The notes beneath the pieces are model-generated. The model ran no database searches, had not been told where the DNA came from, and saw nothing but the letters and a program-made list of their open reading frames with translations. A DNA stretch of 64,000 nt, from sequence record SRR31156797_403. One strand, 5' to 3'. Shown here piece by piece: positions 29,142 through 39,311 of the stretch. How positions within the stretch are numbered: position 1 is the stretch's first letter; the number at the start of each line of letters is the position of its first letter. The position numbers were made by a program, and so were the translations under genes.

Positions 29142-32100
29142 TTATGTATTAGTCGTATTTATGGCTCCGTTCTGTAGATGCTTTGGCAGGATGATTTTAA
29201 AAGTTGTTCCTACTCCTGTTTCAGATTCCAGTTTAATTTCGCCATGATGTCTGTCAACAATTTTTTTACACACCGACAACCCGATACCTGTCCCGGGGTA
29301 TATATCTGGTGGGTGCAGGCGCTGGAAAATTACAAAGATGCGGTCGTGAAACCTCGGTTCGATACCAATGCCATTGTCTTCAACAATCAATGTTACCGCT
29401 TCATCACTTTCTGTTGAGTCGATTTTTACAAATGGATCAACCCTGCCTCTGAATTTGATGGCATTACTCACCAGGTTTTGAAATAGCTGGATCATCTGAG
29501 ATTCGTCGACATTTACCTTTGGTAATTCACCCACCTCAACTTTAACGCCTGATTCTTCAATACTGCCCGACAGATTGGTGATAACCTGCCTGATAACCAT
29601 ATTCATATCGGTAGTAGCAAATGGTTTTCCCCGTGTTCCGACCCGTGAATATTTCAACAGGTCGCTAATCAGCGTTTTCATCCGGTTGGCACCATCCACG
29701 GCAAAATGGATAAATTCCTTTCCATCATTATCGATCTGGTTGTAATATTTTCGTTCGAGTAATTGCAGGAAACTGGAAACCATCCTTAGCGGCTCCTGCA
29801 GATCGTGTGATGCCACATAGGCGAATTGTTCCAATTCTTTGTTGGATTGCTCCAGTTCATTGAGGAGTTCACGCAATTCGAATTCTTTTTCTTTAAGTGG
29901 AGATACATCACTGACACAGATTATGGCTCCCCGGATAGTACTCCCTTTTTTGTGTGGTAAAAAAGTGGTTTGTGTATATCTTGTGCCACCACTTTTGGAT
30001 GGCATCATACGCTCACTTTCGATGGTTTCACCATTAAAAACCCTGTCCAGATCATTTTTAACCAGGCTGTAAGCATTTTCACCAACCACATCTTTTGCGT
30101 GTTTCCCAACAATGTTTTCAGCTTTTACCCCAAACCAGCTTTCGTATCCTTTGTTTACAAATTCATAGGTGTGGTCGGGTTTTACGTATGATACCAAAAC
30201 GGGAATAAGATCGGTTATCAATTGCAGCTGTTCCTTGCTGTGCTTCAAGCCTTCCTGGGCTTTTTTGAGCGAGGTAATATCCCTGATTAAAGCCATAATG
30301 TGTTTTTCACCCCGAAAATCAAGAGGCGACCCATGAACCTGAGTGTACATTATTTGTCCTGATTTGGTGTATTCCATATTTTCGCCGGAATAATTTTCTC
30401 CTGCTGCAGTGGTTTTAAAGAAATTTTCAAGTTCATGTTGCCATTCGTCATGCAATAGTTTATGCGGGTCAAGCTCAAGGAATTCCTCTTTTGAATAGCC
30501 ATAAATTCTTGTTGCAGCAGGATTAACCTCAACAATTTTCCCTTCCAGGTTGAGGATAATGATGGCATCATTCACCGATTCAAAAATCAGCCTGTGCCGC
30601 TCTTCGCTTTCTTTCAGGGCCTCCTCAGCAAGCTTTTTACCGGTAATATCAGTATGTACGCCAAACATCCTGTAAATGTTTCCCTTTTTACCCTTCAGGC
30701 AGGATGCTTCATTCCGTATCCATCGGTAAGTTCCGTTTTTATGCCGCATTCTAAATTCTTCGATAAAATTACCATCCGGATTTTTAAGGTAGCTTTCAAC
30801 TGCCTTGTGCATTCTTTCCGAATCGTCGGGATGCAGTAAATTCTCCCACGTTGAAAAATCATTTTCCAATTCATGATCTTCGTATCCAACATGTTTTTTC
30901 CATATAGCGCTGTAAAAAACTTCGTTCGTCCCCAGTTTCCAGTCCCAGATACCTGCATTGGCTCCCCCGGTAGCAAGTATAAGCCTGTGTTGACTTTTTT
31001 TCAGTTCTTCCTTGGCTTGTTTTGATGCTGAGATATCATCGATCAAAGTATAAATATGATCTACTGAGTTATCGATTACTACACTCCTTACCCACAGGTT
31101 GGTGTGAACAATACTGCCATCTTTTTTGATAAACCGTTTTTCGAGAGAATACTGGCTTATCTCAAGGTTTAATAGTTTTTGATGAAGCTCACTGTCTATT
31201 GGTAGATCATCAGGGTGAGACATATCAGCCCATGATTTGTTAAATAGTTCTTTTTCCGGGTAACCAAACATATCCAGCACTCTCTGATTCACCCGTACCC
31301 ATCCTTTATCTGGTGATGTGATAGCCATGCCTATCAGTCCCTGATCGAAGAAAGACCGAAATCGTTTTTCGCTTTCAATGAGCTGGTTTTCAGCTCTGCG
31401 CCGCTTGGTGATGTCGATGGCAAAGATGCCCACAAGCGGAACCTTATTGTTTTTATCAAACACAGGAAATACCCGGTTTTCGAAAAACCAATTATTGCGT
31501 GAGTCCTCAAAAATCTGGGGTTTGCCGGTATTGAAAACTTTATCGATCAATTTTTTGCGTGTTTTGCTTACCTCGGGAGGTAGTAGTTTATAAACATTTT
31601 TACCCGTCAACAATTCGGGATCATTATTAAACCTTTTTGCTCCTGATGTATTGATTTTCTTAATGATTCCTTTTTTGTTAATCAGGGCAATGGTATCGTT
31701 GGTGGCATCCAGTAATACCTGTAACATGGCCTCTGACCTGGCCAGGTTTTCCTGCGTTTCTTTCAGGTCTGTAATATTGGTGCCATGGCCGATGAGGAAC
31801 TTGTCCTCCTTAGTTTCCATCAACCTGCCGGTAAAAACAACAGGAATTTGTTTTTTCTGTTTGTTGCTTAACCGTGCATTGACATGGGCAGTTCCTTTAC
31901 TGAATACCGATTCGATCTGCTCAGCAATAATATTTTCGTTTTTGCCTGTTAAGAAATCCGTTGGCGACTTACCGGGGATTTCGTCATCAGTATATCCGGT
32001 GATTTCAGTGAAAGCCCGGTTCCATCTTACCAACTCATATCTGCTGTTTAGCATAAAAAATATTCCGGGCAAACTGTCGATTATGGCATCTGTAAATTTT

Positions 32101-34034
32101 TTGGCAGCCATAAGGTTTTGCGACAAAGCCTTAAATTTTGCATTGCTTTCTTTAATGATGCCCTCCGTGGTTTTTCTGTCAGTAATATCCATAAATGAAG
32201 CTGCAATTGCAATGGGTTTTCCGTTTTCATCTCTGACAAGATTTGTTGATAAATCGATATCAAATGTAGTTCCATCCGGCCTGCGTGCTTTAGTTTCGCG
32301 GTGCCAGTTACCGGTATGTTGGATGCAGGGGATAATTTCATCTGCCTTGCTGTTTTCTGCAAGGAGGGAGCTAAAACTTTTCTTGCGTAAATCATCCTCG
32401 GTAGCGAATCCAAACATGTTCACCAGGGCCATGTTGGTGTCCGTAATGTTTCCTTTTAAGTCGGCCAGTATATGGCCTGTCGGAGCATTTTTAATAGCAA
32501 GGTCTGTAATGCGAAATCGGTTAAAAGCATGATTTTTAATGATGGCCTGTGTAAGTATTGTAGCAATATTGCTGATCAGGGTCAACTCTTCGCTTTGAAA
32601 AAGGTTTGCTTTTCCAGGGGCCGGATGGTCAAGGTAAACTTTAATGTATCCCACCTGTTTTTCATTAATGTATAAGTCTTCAAGATGGGAGTTGGGTGTT
32701 TTGGCAAACCTGCCGGAAGTGAAATTTTGATCGTAGAACCTGATCATGCAAAATGTTTTATCCGGGGTACTGAATGCAGCAGGCATGATTTTGGCCGTAT
32801 TTTTTAATACTTGATCAATGGTTAAATCATCATTTTCGAGAAATTCATTGACCTTATTGATGCATTCCATTTCCTTAACACGCTTACCCAAATTGCTTAT
32901 CAGAATTTCATTGTTGTGTTGTGCAATTTTTCGTTCGGTAATTTCTTCTTCAAGCTGTTCATTACTTGCCCTCAGCTGTTCTTCTACAATAGCTTCCTTT
33001 TCTATTTTCTCTTGCAGTTTATAATTTTGGTCAATCAACTTACCCTGTTTCTCTTGAACAAGATTTTCCAGGTTTGCTTTATGGTCTTCAAGTTTTTGCT
33101 GTGTTTTTTTGAGTTCTGAAATTTCGATGGCAGAACCCATAATGCGTACAACCTTCCCCGAATGATTTTTAATTGGTGTGAGTGTAGTTAACCACCAGTG
33201 TTCTTTTCCCAGCATAGTGATCATCTCTTCGTATTCAATTTGGGTTTCGAAATCAACACACTGCTGATATCTTCTTTTAATCTCTTCAATGGCTTCCTTA
33301 GGAATAATATGGGAAAGGTCATCGATAGTTTTACCTTCAACATCCTTTGATTTCAACCCTGAAGCCTTTTCATGAGCGGGGTTTAGTCCTTTAAACCTGA
33401 AAATGCCGTCTCCTTCAACATCTACGATAAATATGGCTGCGGCAGTAGCTTCATATATTTCTGTCAGGAATTCGCTGTTGTATTTAAGTTTAAGGTTTGT
33501 CGAGCCCATATTTGTGATTATATTCACCATCGACTCGTAAAAATTAACCAGCTTTTCAATTTCCGATTTGTCATAACATGGCACTTTCCGAAACGCTTCC
33601 AAATAAGCCTGCTCATCAAACCCGTATTTATTAGCTGATTTTTTGACATCTTTTTCTGTTGGCTTTTCTCCCTTCCAGTAAAACTGCCCAAAAAACAGGT
33701 TGGCCAAATGTATGCCTTCAATCTTAATCGGGATGGCCAGGTCAATCAATCCATTTTTACATTTATGGAAATGGTATTTTTTATGGCTGATATTTCCCTG
33801 AAATGATAAATCGCTCTTTCGGCAATTATCCAGTGTTTCAGGGTGTTTTCGGTGGAATTCCGTACACATTTCCTGCCAGCCGGTTCCAATAAGCACATTC
33901 CCTTTTAAATCAACCATGCCAACGAGAAATGAAGTTGCCTTGTAAAAATGTTCGAAAAGTGTGGTGAGTTCTTCAATATCAATCAGTTCTTCAAATCTGA
34001 TCTTTGCCATTTTTGGATCGGAGATAAAGCTCAT
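29142..34034 (-). CDS. Large sensor kinase: PocR domain, about 8 PAS domains, Cph1-type HisKA-HATPase
   Basis: PocR (WQEMCTEFHR...CRKSD...CKNGLIDLAIPI...FFGQF); repeated PAS/PAC; ELEQFAYVASHDLQEPLR; FQRLH...YPGTGIGL. Confidence 0.92.
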   Translation of the reverse strand: MSFISDPKMAKIRFEELIDIEELTTLFEHFYKATSFLVGMVDLKGNVLIGTGWQEMCTEFHRKHPETLDNCRKSDLSFQGNISHKKYHFHKCKNGLIDLAIPIKIEGIHLANLFFGQFYWKGEKPTEKDVKKSANKYGFDEQAYLEAFRKVPCYDKSEIEKLVNFYESMVNIITNMGSTNLKLKYNSEFLTEIYEATAAAIFIVDVEGDGIFRFKGLNPAHEKASGLKSKDVEGKTIDDLSHIIPKEAIEEIKRRYQQCVDFETQIEYEEMITMLGKEHWWLTTLTPIKNHSGKVVRIMGSAIEISELKKTQQKLEDHKANLENLVQEKQGKLIDQNYKLQEKIEKEAIVEEQLRASNEQLEEEITERKIAQHNNEILISNLGKRVKEMECINKVNEFLENDDLTIDQVLKNTAKIMPAAFSTPDKTFCMIRFYDQNFTSGRFAKTPNSHLEDLYINEKQVGYIKVYLDHPAPGKANLFQSEELTLISNIATILTQAIIKNHAFNRFRITDLAIKNAPTGHILADLKGNITDTNMALVNMFGFATEDDLRKKSFSSLLAENSKADEIIPCIQHTGNWHRETKARRPDGTTFDIDLSTNLVRDENGKPIAIAASFMDITDRKTTEGIIKESNAKFKALSQNLMAAKKFTDAIIDSLPGIFFMLNSRYELVRWNRAFTEITGYTDDEIPGKSPTDFLTGKNENIIAEQIESVFSKGTAHVNARLSNKQKKQIPVVFTGRLMETKEDKFLIGHGTNITDLKETQENLARSEAMLQVLLDATNDTIALINKKGIIKKINTSGAKRFNNDPELLTGKNVYKLLPPEVSKTRKKLIDKVFNTGKPQIFEDSRNNWFFENRVFPVFDKNNKVPLVGIFAIDITKRRRAENQLIESEKRFRSFFDQGLIGMAITSPDKGWVRVNQRVLDMFGYPEKELFNKSWADMSHPDDLPIDSELHQKLLNLEISQYSLEKRFIKKDGSIVHTNLWVRSVVIDNSVDHIYTLIDDISASKQAKEELKKSQHRLILATGGANAGIWDWKLGTNEVFYSAIWKKHVGYEDHELENDFSTWENLLHPDDSERMHKAVESYLKNPDGNFIEEFRMRHKNGTYRWIRNEASCLKGKKGNIYRMFGVHTDITGKKLAEEALKESEERHRLIFESVNDAIIILNLEGKIVEVNPAATRIYGYSKEEFLELDPHKLLHDEWQHELENFFKTTAAGENYSGENMEYTKSGQIMYTQVHGSPLDFRGEKHIMALIRDITSLKKAQEGLKHSKEQLQLITDLIPVLVSYVKPDHTYEFVNKGYESWFGVKAENIVGKHAKDVVGENAYSLVKNDLDRVFNGETIESERMMPSKSGGTRYTQTTFLPHKKGSTIRGAIICVSDVSPLKEKEFELRELLNELEQSNKELEQFAYVASHDLQEPLRMVSSFLQLLERKYYNQIDNDGKEFIHFAVDGANRMKTLISDLLKYSRVGTRGKPFATTDMNMVIRQVITNLSGSIEESGVKVEVGELPKVNVDESQMIQLFQNLVSNAIKFRGRVDPFVKIDSTESDEAVTLIVEDNGIGIEPRFHDRIFVIFQRLHPPDIYPGTGIGLSVCKKIVDRHHGEIKLESETGVGTTFKIILPKHLQNGAINTTNT

Positions 34035-34201
34035 GTGACCTGGTTTTTGTTAGAGAATCCAATTTGGTGTTTAGCTTGCGGGGATGTAATTTGTAAAGGT
34101 ACTAAATATTATGATTGATTTTTTGGTATGATGGGGTTGCCAAATATGTGGCGTCAACGTTAGCAGGTTTGTTGTTGGCATCATTATTTGGAAAAGACAA
34201 T

Positions 34202-34234
34202 AAAAAACCCCGGAAGCATTTTTGCAACCGGGGT
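34202..34234 (-). terminator. Intrinsic terminator of the E1 gene
   Basis: Minus strand AAACCCGGTTGCAAAAATGCTTCCGGGTTTTTT. Confidence 0.65.
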
Positions 34235-34256
34235 TTGAATTTTTGTGTTTTATCAG

Positions 34257-36326
34257 TTAAAACTTCAACAGCTTTGCTGCTGCCTGATATATTTTTTCTT
34301 CGTTTGGTAAAATAGCACCTTCGAGTATGCGGTTGAAGCCAACCGGCGTAAATGTTGAACCAACCCTTCTCACGGGTGCGTCCAGGTATTCAAAGGCATC
34401 TTCAGTGATAAGTGCTGCGATCTCGCCTCCAAAACCGGCAAACACTTTATCTTCATGAACCACAAGCGCACGGCTGGTTTTCTTTACCGACTCCAGAATC
34501 GATTCTTTATCCAACGGGATCAGCGACCTGATATCTACAACCTCAACCGATTTCCCTTCTTCTTTTTCAAGCCTTTCAGCAGCTTTCAGGCACATGTGTG
34601 TTGTGTTCCCATAAGTGATCATGGTAAGATCAGTTCCTTCGCGTCTTACCCTTGCAACGCCAAACGGAACTTCGAAGTCTTCTGGAACTTCTGTTTCAGC
34701 AAGCGGGTCGTTGTAAAGTGATTTGGGCTCCAGAAACAGTGTAGGCCCTTCTGAAAGCATACTTGTACGAAGCAGGCCTGCTGCATCATCGGAAAACGAA
34801 GGATAAACAACCCGTATTCCGGGAAAAGTTGTTAAAGCGCCTTCGATGGTTTGTGAGTGGTAAAGTCCGCCACCAATATAACCTCCTGAAGCCAGACGAA
34901 TGGTAACATTTGGGGCAAAGGCTCCATTGCTACGCCAGTAGTCGTGGGTAGCCTCAACAAACTGTTCCATTGCAGGCCAGAAATAATCGGCGAATTCTGC
35001 ACCTTCAACAACAATCCTGATTTTTTTGTCGAAACGGCTCATTCCATTTGCAGTTCCCATGATGTAGTCTTCGGCAATTGGCGCATTAAAAACCCGCTTG
35101 GGGCCAAATTCCTGCTGAAGGCCTTTCGAAACATTGAAGATTCCGCCCTTTTCCTTGTTGGCCATGTCCTGTCCCCAAATAAAGGTGTCAGGGTTTTTTC
35201 TGAATTCGGCTTTTAATGTGGAATTGAGCGCTTCAATCAATCGCATGCGCTTGCCTTCGCCATTGTGAGTGCCTTTCGGATATTTTTCTGATACGTAAGG
35301 ATCGGGGATTACAAAATCGAAAATGGATTTTGGATCCGGATCCGGAGCTTTCAGTACTTTTTTGTGTGCTGCTGAGATGGCCTTTTTTGCTTCCTTATCC
35401 AGTTCAGTTAGTTCTTCTTCGGTAAACCGACCCGAATAGATCAGGCGGGTTTTGAATTTTTTAAGTGGGTCAAGCAAATTCATTTCTTCCAGTTCTGCAC
35501 TGTCGCGATATAAATCATGACGGTCGGAGTTGGAGTGTGATCCCATCCTGATGCAGTTTGCATGAACAATAACAGGAATGCTTTCTTCCTCAATAATTTT
35601 TTTTGCCTTGAGCATGGCATTCATCGAGTTTAACGGATCCTTTCCATTGGCATAAATCACCTCAAGGTTTTTAAATCCATGGAAGTTATCAGCCGCCCGC
35701 GTATTGGCAGTTTGCTGCTCTTTGGGAACAGAAATTCCAAATCCATTATCCTGAAAAACAAAGATTACAGGAAGCTTCTCGGTTGATGCTCCGTTTATCG
35801 CTTCATAAACATACCCTTCAGAAGTTGAGGATTCACCCTGAGAGCTGATCGAAACGGCATCGGCACCATAATATTTCATGGCACGGGCTGCACCCACAGC
35901 ATGCAATGTATGGTTGCCTGTAGCTGACGAAACATTGTGTATGTTCCATTCGGGCTTTGCAAAATGGTTGCTCATATGGCGGCCGCCACTGGCAATATCG
36001 GTTGCTTTTGAGAGTCCGTTAAGGATTATTTCCTCTGGCGTAAGGCCTGCAGAAATGGCTGTAAGCATGTCGCGATAATAGGGAAACAGGTGATCCTGGT
36101 TTTTCCTGAAAACCTGCCCGATGGCAAGTTGTATTCCATCATGGCCTGCATATGGTGCATGATAAGACCAGCCAAGGGCCTGTTTAAGGTAGTTAGGTGC
36201 TTTCTTGTCGAGCTGACGACCAAGGGTCATCAGATAGTACCAGTTCTTTAATGTATCCTTTTCGGTGTTCTTCACCGTATATACCTTGTCTTCTTTAGAG
36301 AGTACGAACCGCTTTCTGTTAATCAT
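34257..36326 (-). CDS. 2-oxoacid (probably branched-chain) dehydrogenase E1, fused alpha and beta subunits
   Basis: PYYRD, TPP motif GESSTSEG...FQDN, HSNSD, FNAPIAE, GGLYHSQ, LFLEPK, VVHED. Confidence 0.9.
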   Translation of the reverse strand: MINRKRFVLSKEDKVYTVKNTEKDTLKNWYYLMTLGRQLDKKAPNYLKQALGWSYHAPYAGHDGIQLAIGQVFRKNQDHLFPYYRDMLTAISAGLTPEEIILNGLSKATDIASGGRHMSNHFAKPEWNIHNVSSATGNHTLHAVGAARAMKYYGADAVSISSQGESSTSEGYVYEAINGASTEKLPVIFVFQDNGFGISVPKEQQTANTRAADNFHGFKNLEVIYANGKDPLNSMNAMLKAKKIIEEESIPVIVHANCIRMGSHSNSDRHDLYRDSAELEEMNLLDPLKKFKTRLIYSGRFTEEELTELDKEAKKAISAAHKKVLKAPDPDPKSIFDFVIPDPYVSEKYPKGTHNGEGKRMRLIEALNSTLKAEFRKNPDTFIWGQDMANKEKGGIFNVSKGLQQEFGPKRVFNAPIAEDYIMGTANGMSRFDKKIRIVVEGAEFADYFWPAMEQFVEATHDYWRSNGAFAPNVTIRLASGGYIGGGLYHSQTIEGALTTFPGIRVVYPSFSDDAAGLLRTSMLSEGPTLFLEPKSLYNDPLAETEVPEDFEVPFGVARVRREGTDLTMITYGNTTHMCLKAAERLEKEEGKSVEVVDIRSLIPLDKESILESVKKTSRALVVHEDKVFAGFGGEIAALITEDAFEYLDAPVRRVGSTFTPVGFNRILEGAILPNEEKIYQAAAKLLKF

Positions 36327-36653
36327 TTTAAAAATATGCTTTAATCAATTTTGTCATTAAAATTCGCTCTTTAAACATACCACGTATGCCTTTGTTCAGG
36401 ATTGCTTTTAAATTTAAGTAAAAGTGCATATCCATTATCTGTCTGCAAAAATAGTATTTAGGGGTTATTTTGAGGTGTTCTAAATAATTAATATAGAACA
36501 GAACTTATCCGGAGTGTTTTCAGCTGCCTGTAAGCCAGTGTTTAAATTGGAGTCATACCTTTCATTGGCGAAAATGTGTATAAACTTTTTCATTTCCGGT
36601 ATTTGACGGAATACCGGAATTACAGATCGTATTTCAGCACCTTACAAATACAT

Positions 36654-37937
36654 TTAATCATTGGCGGAGTTGAGGTATTTTAATTGAAGTTGATCCCAGG
36701 TTGGCAGGTAATTGTAGTGCCACTTATCAATGATGGTACCATCCTTAATTAAAATCAGCCCGGGATTCGAACGAATCATGGTTTTTAAAGTGATATCATC
36801 TGCATTGAAAAATTGCAGATCGAAAGTAATATCTTCTTTTTCAAGAAAATGCTGGATTTTTTCCGGCAACGTGGCTGTGAGCCCAATGAAGGAATATCCA
36901 CTGTTTTCAGCATTCCAAAATAAATCTTCCAGTTCCTTAAATGATTCTGCATGAGTCTCCTGCAGATTCCAGGCAACCAGTAAAAACTGGTAATCCGGAT
37001 TTTTGAGGTACATATCTGTAACATCCTCCCCGGCAAAAGTGATGATTGCCAGATCCATGCCTGCAGTCCGGTTGGGGTCTTCTACACGTTGGCTAACAAA
37101 CTCCCACTGCTCCACCCAATCAGGATCGTTATAAGGATAGTTGGGTGAAAGATATTCCTTGGTTTCGCCGGTTTCTTTGTTGCGATAAGTGAGATAATAT
37201 TTTACGGGCTGTGGATTCTCAACATAAAGGCGGTTACCCACTTTCCAGGCTCTGAAATCCATCATAGGCAGGTTGACTACATTTAAATACTGAAAACCAA
37301 TGAATACCGCCACAAGTGTTACTCCCAAAACCCATTCGATTTTGTCAGTATAAACCTGTTTTGTGGCTTTCCGATTTAAAAATACGATCAGCACCAGCAC
37401 ATTAATAACCAGGTTTTTGTATAAGGTTTGCCAGTTGGAAAGGATCAGTGCATCACCAAAACAGCCACAATCAGGAACCGGGTTATTTAAGGCATCATTG
37501 AGCGTTACCAGCGTAAATATCCCCATCATAAGCAGTACCAGCGACGAAGTAAGCTTTGGTTTTACTTGTAAGATCAGCATGCCGCCCAAAACCAGTTCGG
37601 CAGCGTTGAGGATGAACGAAAAAAATAAGGCCGAAAAGTTTAACCATTCGGCACCAAAAGCAATAAAATAATCTTCTACACGATAGGCCGTTCCCAGCGG
37701 GTCAACACCTTTCACGAATCCGGAATAGAGAAAAACCATTCCAAGCAAAAGCCGGCAAACAGTTCTCATGCCGGGTGAAAAAATATTTTTATACCTGAAA
37801 ATGACTACCAGTTGAAAAATCAGGAATAACAAAAAAGTGATGTTAAATTCTTCAAAATATTTGACCAGGTAAGCAGAAATAATTGCTACCAAAATGATTA
37901 CCCACCCTGTGACGGTTTTTAATGTTGATTGATGCAT
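36654..37937 (-). CDS. BT_3928 / DoxX (MauE-like) membrane protein
   Basis: SGFVKGVDPLGTAY, PVPDCGCFGDAL, DFRAWKVG, DDITLKTMIRSNPG. Confidence 0.85.
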   Translation of the reverse strand: MHQSTLKTVTGWVIILVAIISAYLVKYFEEFNITFLLFLIFQLVVIFRYKNIFSPGMRTVCRLLLGMVFLYSGFVKGVDPLGTAYRVEDYFIAFGAEWLNFSALFFSFILNAAELVLGGMLILQVKPKLTSSLVLLMMGIFTLVTLNDALNNPVPDCGCFGDALILSNWQTLYKNLVINVLVLIVFLNRKATKQVYTDKIEWVLGVTLVAVFIGFQYLNVVNLPMMDFRAWKVGNRLYVENPQPVKYYLTYRNKETGETKEYLSPNYPYNDPDWVEQWEFVSQRVEDPNRTAGMDLAIITFAGEDVTDMYLKNPDYQFLLVAWNLQETHAESFKELEDLFWNAENSGYSFIGLTATLPEKIQHFLEKEDITFDLQFFNADDITLKTMIRSNPGLILIKDGTIIDKWHYNYLPTWDQLQLKYLNSAND

Positions 37938-38020
37938 CCGGGTTATAGTTATTTGTTAATAGTTATTTGGTATATAGAGTTGATCAAGCTTGTTTAGATT
38001 TTAAGTTTAATCAAGGGCAG

Positions 38021-38575
38021 TTAACCAACATTTTCCTCCTGCTCGTCAAATTTAATGAGTGCGAAAAGTGCGTAATTCAGGATGTCCTGGTAGTTTGCGT
38101 CGAGCCCTTCGGAGATCAGCGTTTTGCCCTTGTTATCCTCAATTTGCTTAATGCGCAACAACTTCATCAGGATGATGTCAGTGTAGGATGAAACACGCAT
38201 ATTCCGCCAGGCTTCGTCATAGTCATGGTTTTTGTTTTCCATCAACGACTTGGATGCGTAAATGTGTTTGTTGTAAAGTTTGCTTGCATCTTCCACGCCC
38301 AGCACCATATCAGGTTTGTTTCCCAACTCAAGCTGGATCAGCGCCATAACAGCATAATTTACAATGCCTACAAACTCATCCCGGGCACCTTCATCAATTT
38401 TCGTTTGCGCCTTTTCTTCGATGCTCCTTATGCGATTTGCTTTGATGTAAATCTGGTCGGTTAAGGATGTTGTCCTTAAGATTCTCCAAGCGCTGCCATA
38501 GTCCATCATTTTCTTCTCGAATATCTCTCTGCATCTGTTTATGGCAGCTTCAAATTGCTCATTGGTTTTTGTCAT
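38021..38575 (-). CDS. DUF1599 protein
   Basis: KKMMDYGSAWRILR...KNHDYDEAWR tandem repeat. Confidence 0.88.
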   Translation of the reverse strand: MTKTNEQFEAAINRCREIFEKKMMDYGSAWRILRTTSLTDQIYIKANRIRSIEEKAQTKIDEGARDEFVGIVNYAVMALIQLELGNKPDMVLGVEDASKLYNKHIYASKSLMENKNHDYDEAWRNMRVSSYTDIILMKLLRIKQIEDNKGKTLISEGLDANYQDILNYALFALIKFDEQEENVG

Positions 38576-38581
38576 GCTGTA

Positions 38582-39214
38582 TTATTTTTTCTTTTTCCCA
38601 AACAGTTTCTTTTTTGATTTTTCATTTCCCTGGCTTTCTTCATCAGTTTCTATAGGTGCATCGGTAATTTCCCGGAGCTTTTCATTGGCTTCTTCCAGGC
38701 TTTTCTGTGCGGGTTTCATTTTTTCTTTTCCGAGTTTTAGTTTGTCTTTCCCTTTTTCAATGTTGCTTTTACCTTTATCATATTTCTTTTCGGCAGCTTT
38801 TAACTTACTGTCAGCCACTCTTTTGTCTTCTCTGAATTTTGCATCCACGTCCCTGATCTGCTGCCGCAATGCATTCCGCTCATCGCGGTCATCAGTTTTG
38901 AGTTGTTTTTCCAAACCCTTTTTTTCATTGGTATAGTTTTTAACCAAAACCGATTTTTCTTCTTTCGCTTTTTTGAGTTCTGTTTTGGCTTCATCCATCA
39001 TTTTTTCACCTGTTGCCAGCAGGCTGTCGCCATCATCAAGGTATTCCTGTGCGCGTGCTACAGAGATTTCAGCGCGGGCTACTTTATCTTTGGCCCGTTG
39101 CAGGGCAAGTTCTTCGCGTGATAATTCGACCTCCCTGGTTTCCTGGGCCTGAAGAAATGCTCCTGAAATGATTAGCATGAAGATCGATAAGAGCGTAAAG
39201 CTTTTTGTTTTCAT
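38582..39214 (-). CDS. Hypothetical exported coiled-coil protein
   Basis: Signal peptide, then a K/E/A-rich helical sequence; -7 box TATATTTG on the minus strand at 39250-39257. Confidence 0.75.
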   Translation of the reverse strand: MKTKSFTLLSIFMLIISGAFLQAQETREVELSREELALQRAKDKVARAEISVARAQEYLDDGDSLLATGEKMMDEAKTELKKAKEEKSVLVKNYTNEKKGLEKQLKTDDRDERNALRQQIRDVDAKFREDKRVADSKLKAAEKKYDKGKSNIEKGKDKLKLGKEKMKPAQKSLEEANEKLREITDAPIETDEESQGNEKSKKKLFGKKKK

Positions 39215-39311
39215 GATGTTTCGTTTGTGAAATTTCCATAAATGAATGGCAAATATAAAATGCTTTAATTTCGTGGCATGTTAACGAAAAGTAAAATTTA
39301 GTAATTGCTTT

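Noticed and set aside
31651-32532. 293-aa + strand ORF, and similar ones at 24674-25237, 26326-26877 and 27234-27872
   Set aside because: Antisense to the large kinases; Ser/Phe/Ile-rich mirror translations
36594-36619. 10-bp hairpin TTCCGGTATT/AATACCGGAA after the BT_3928-like gene
   Set aside because: No U-tract on the transcribed strand, so I cannot call it a terminator or RNA element
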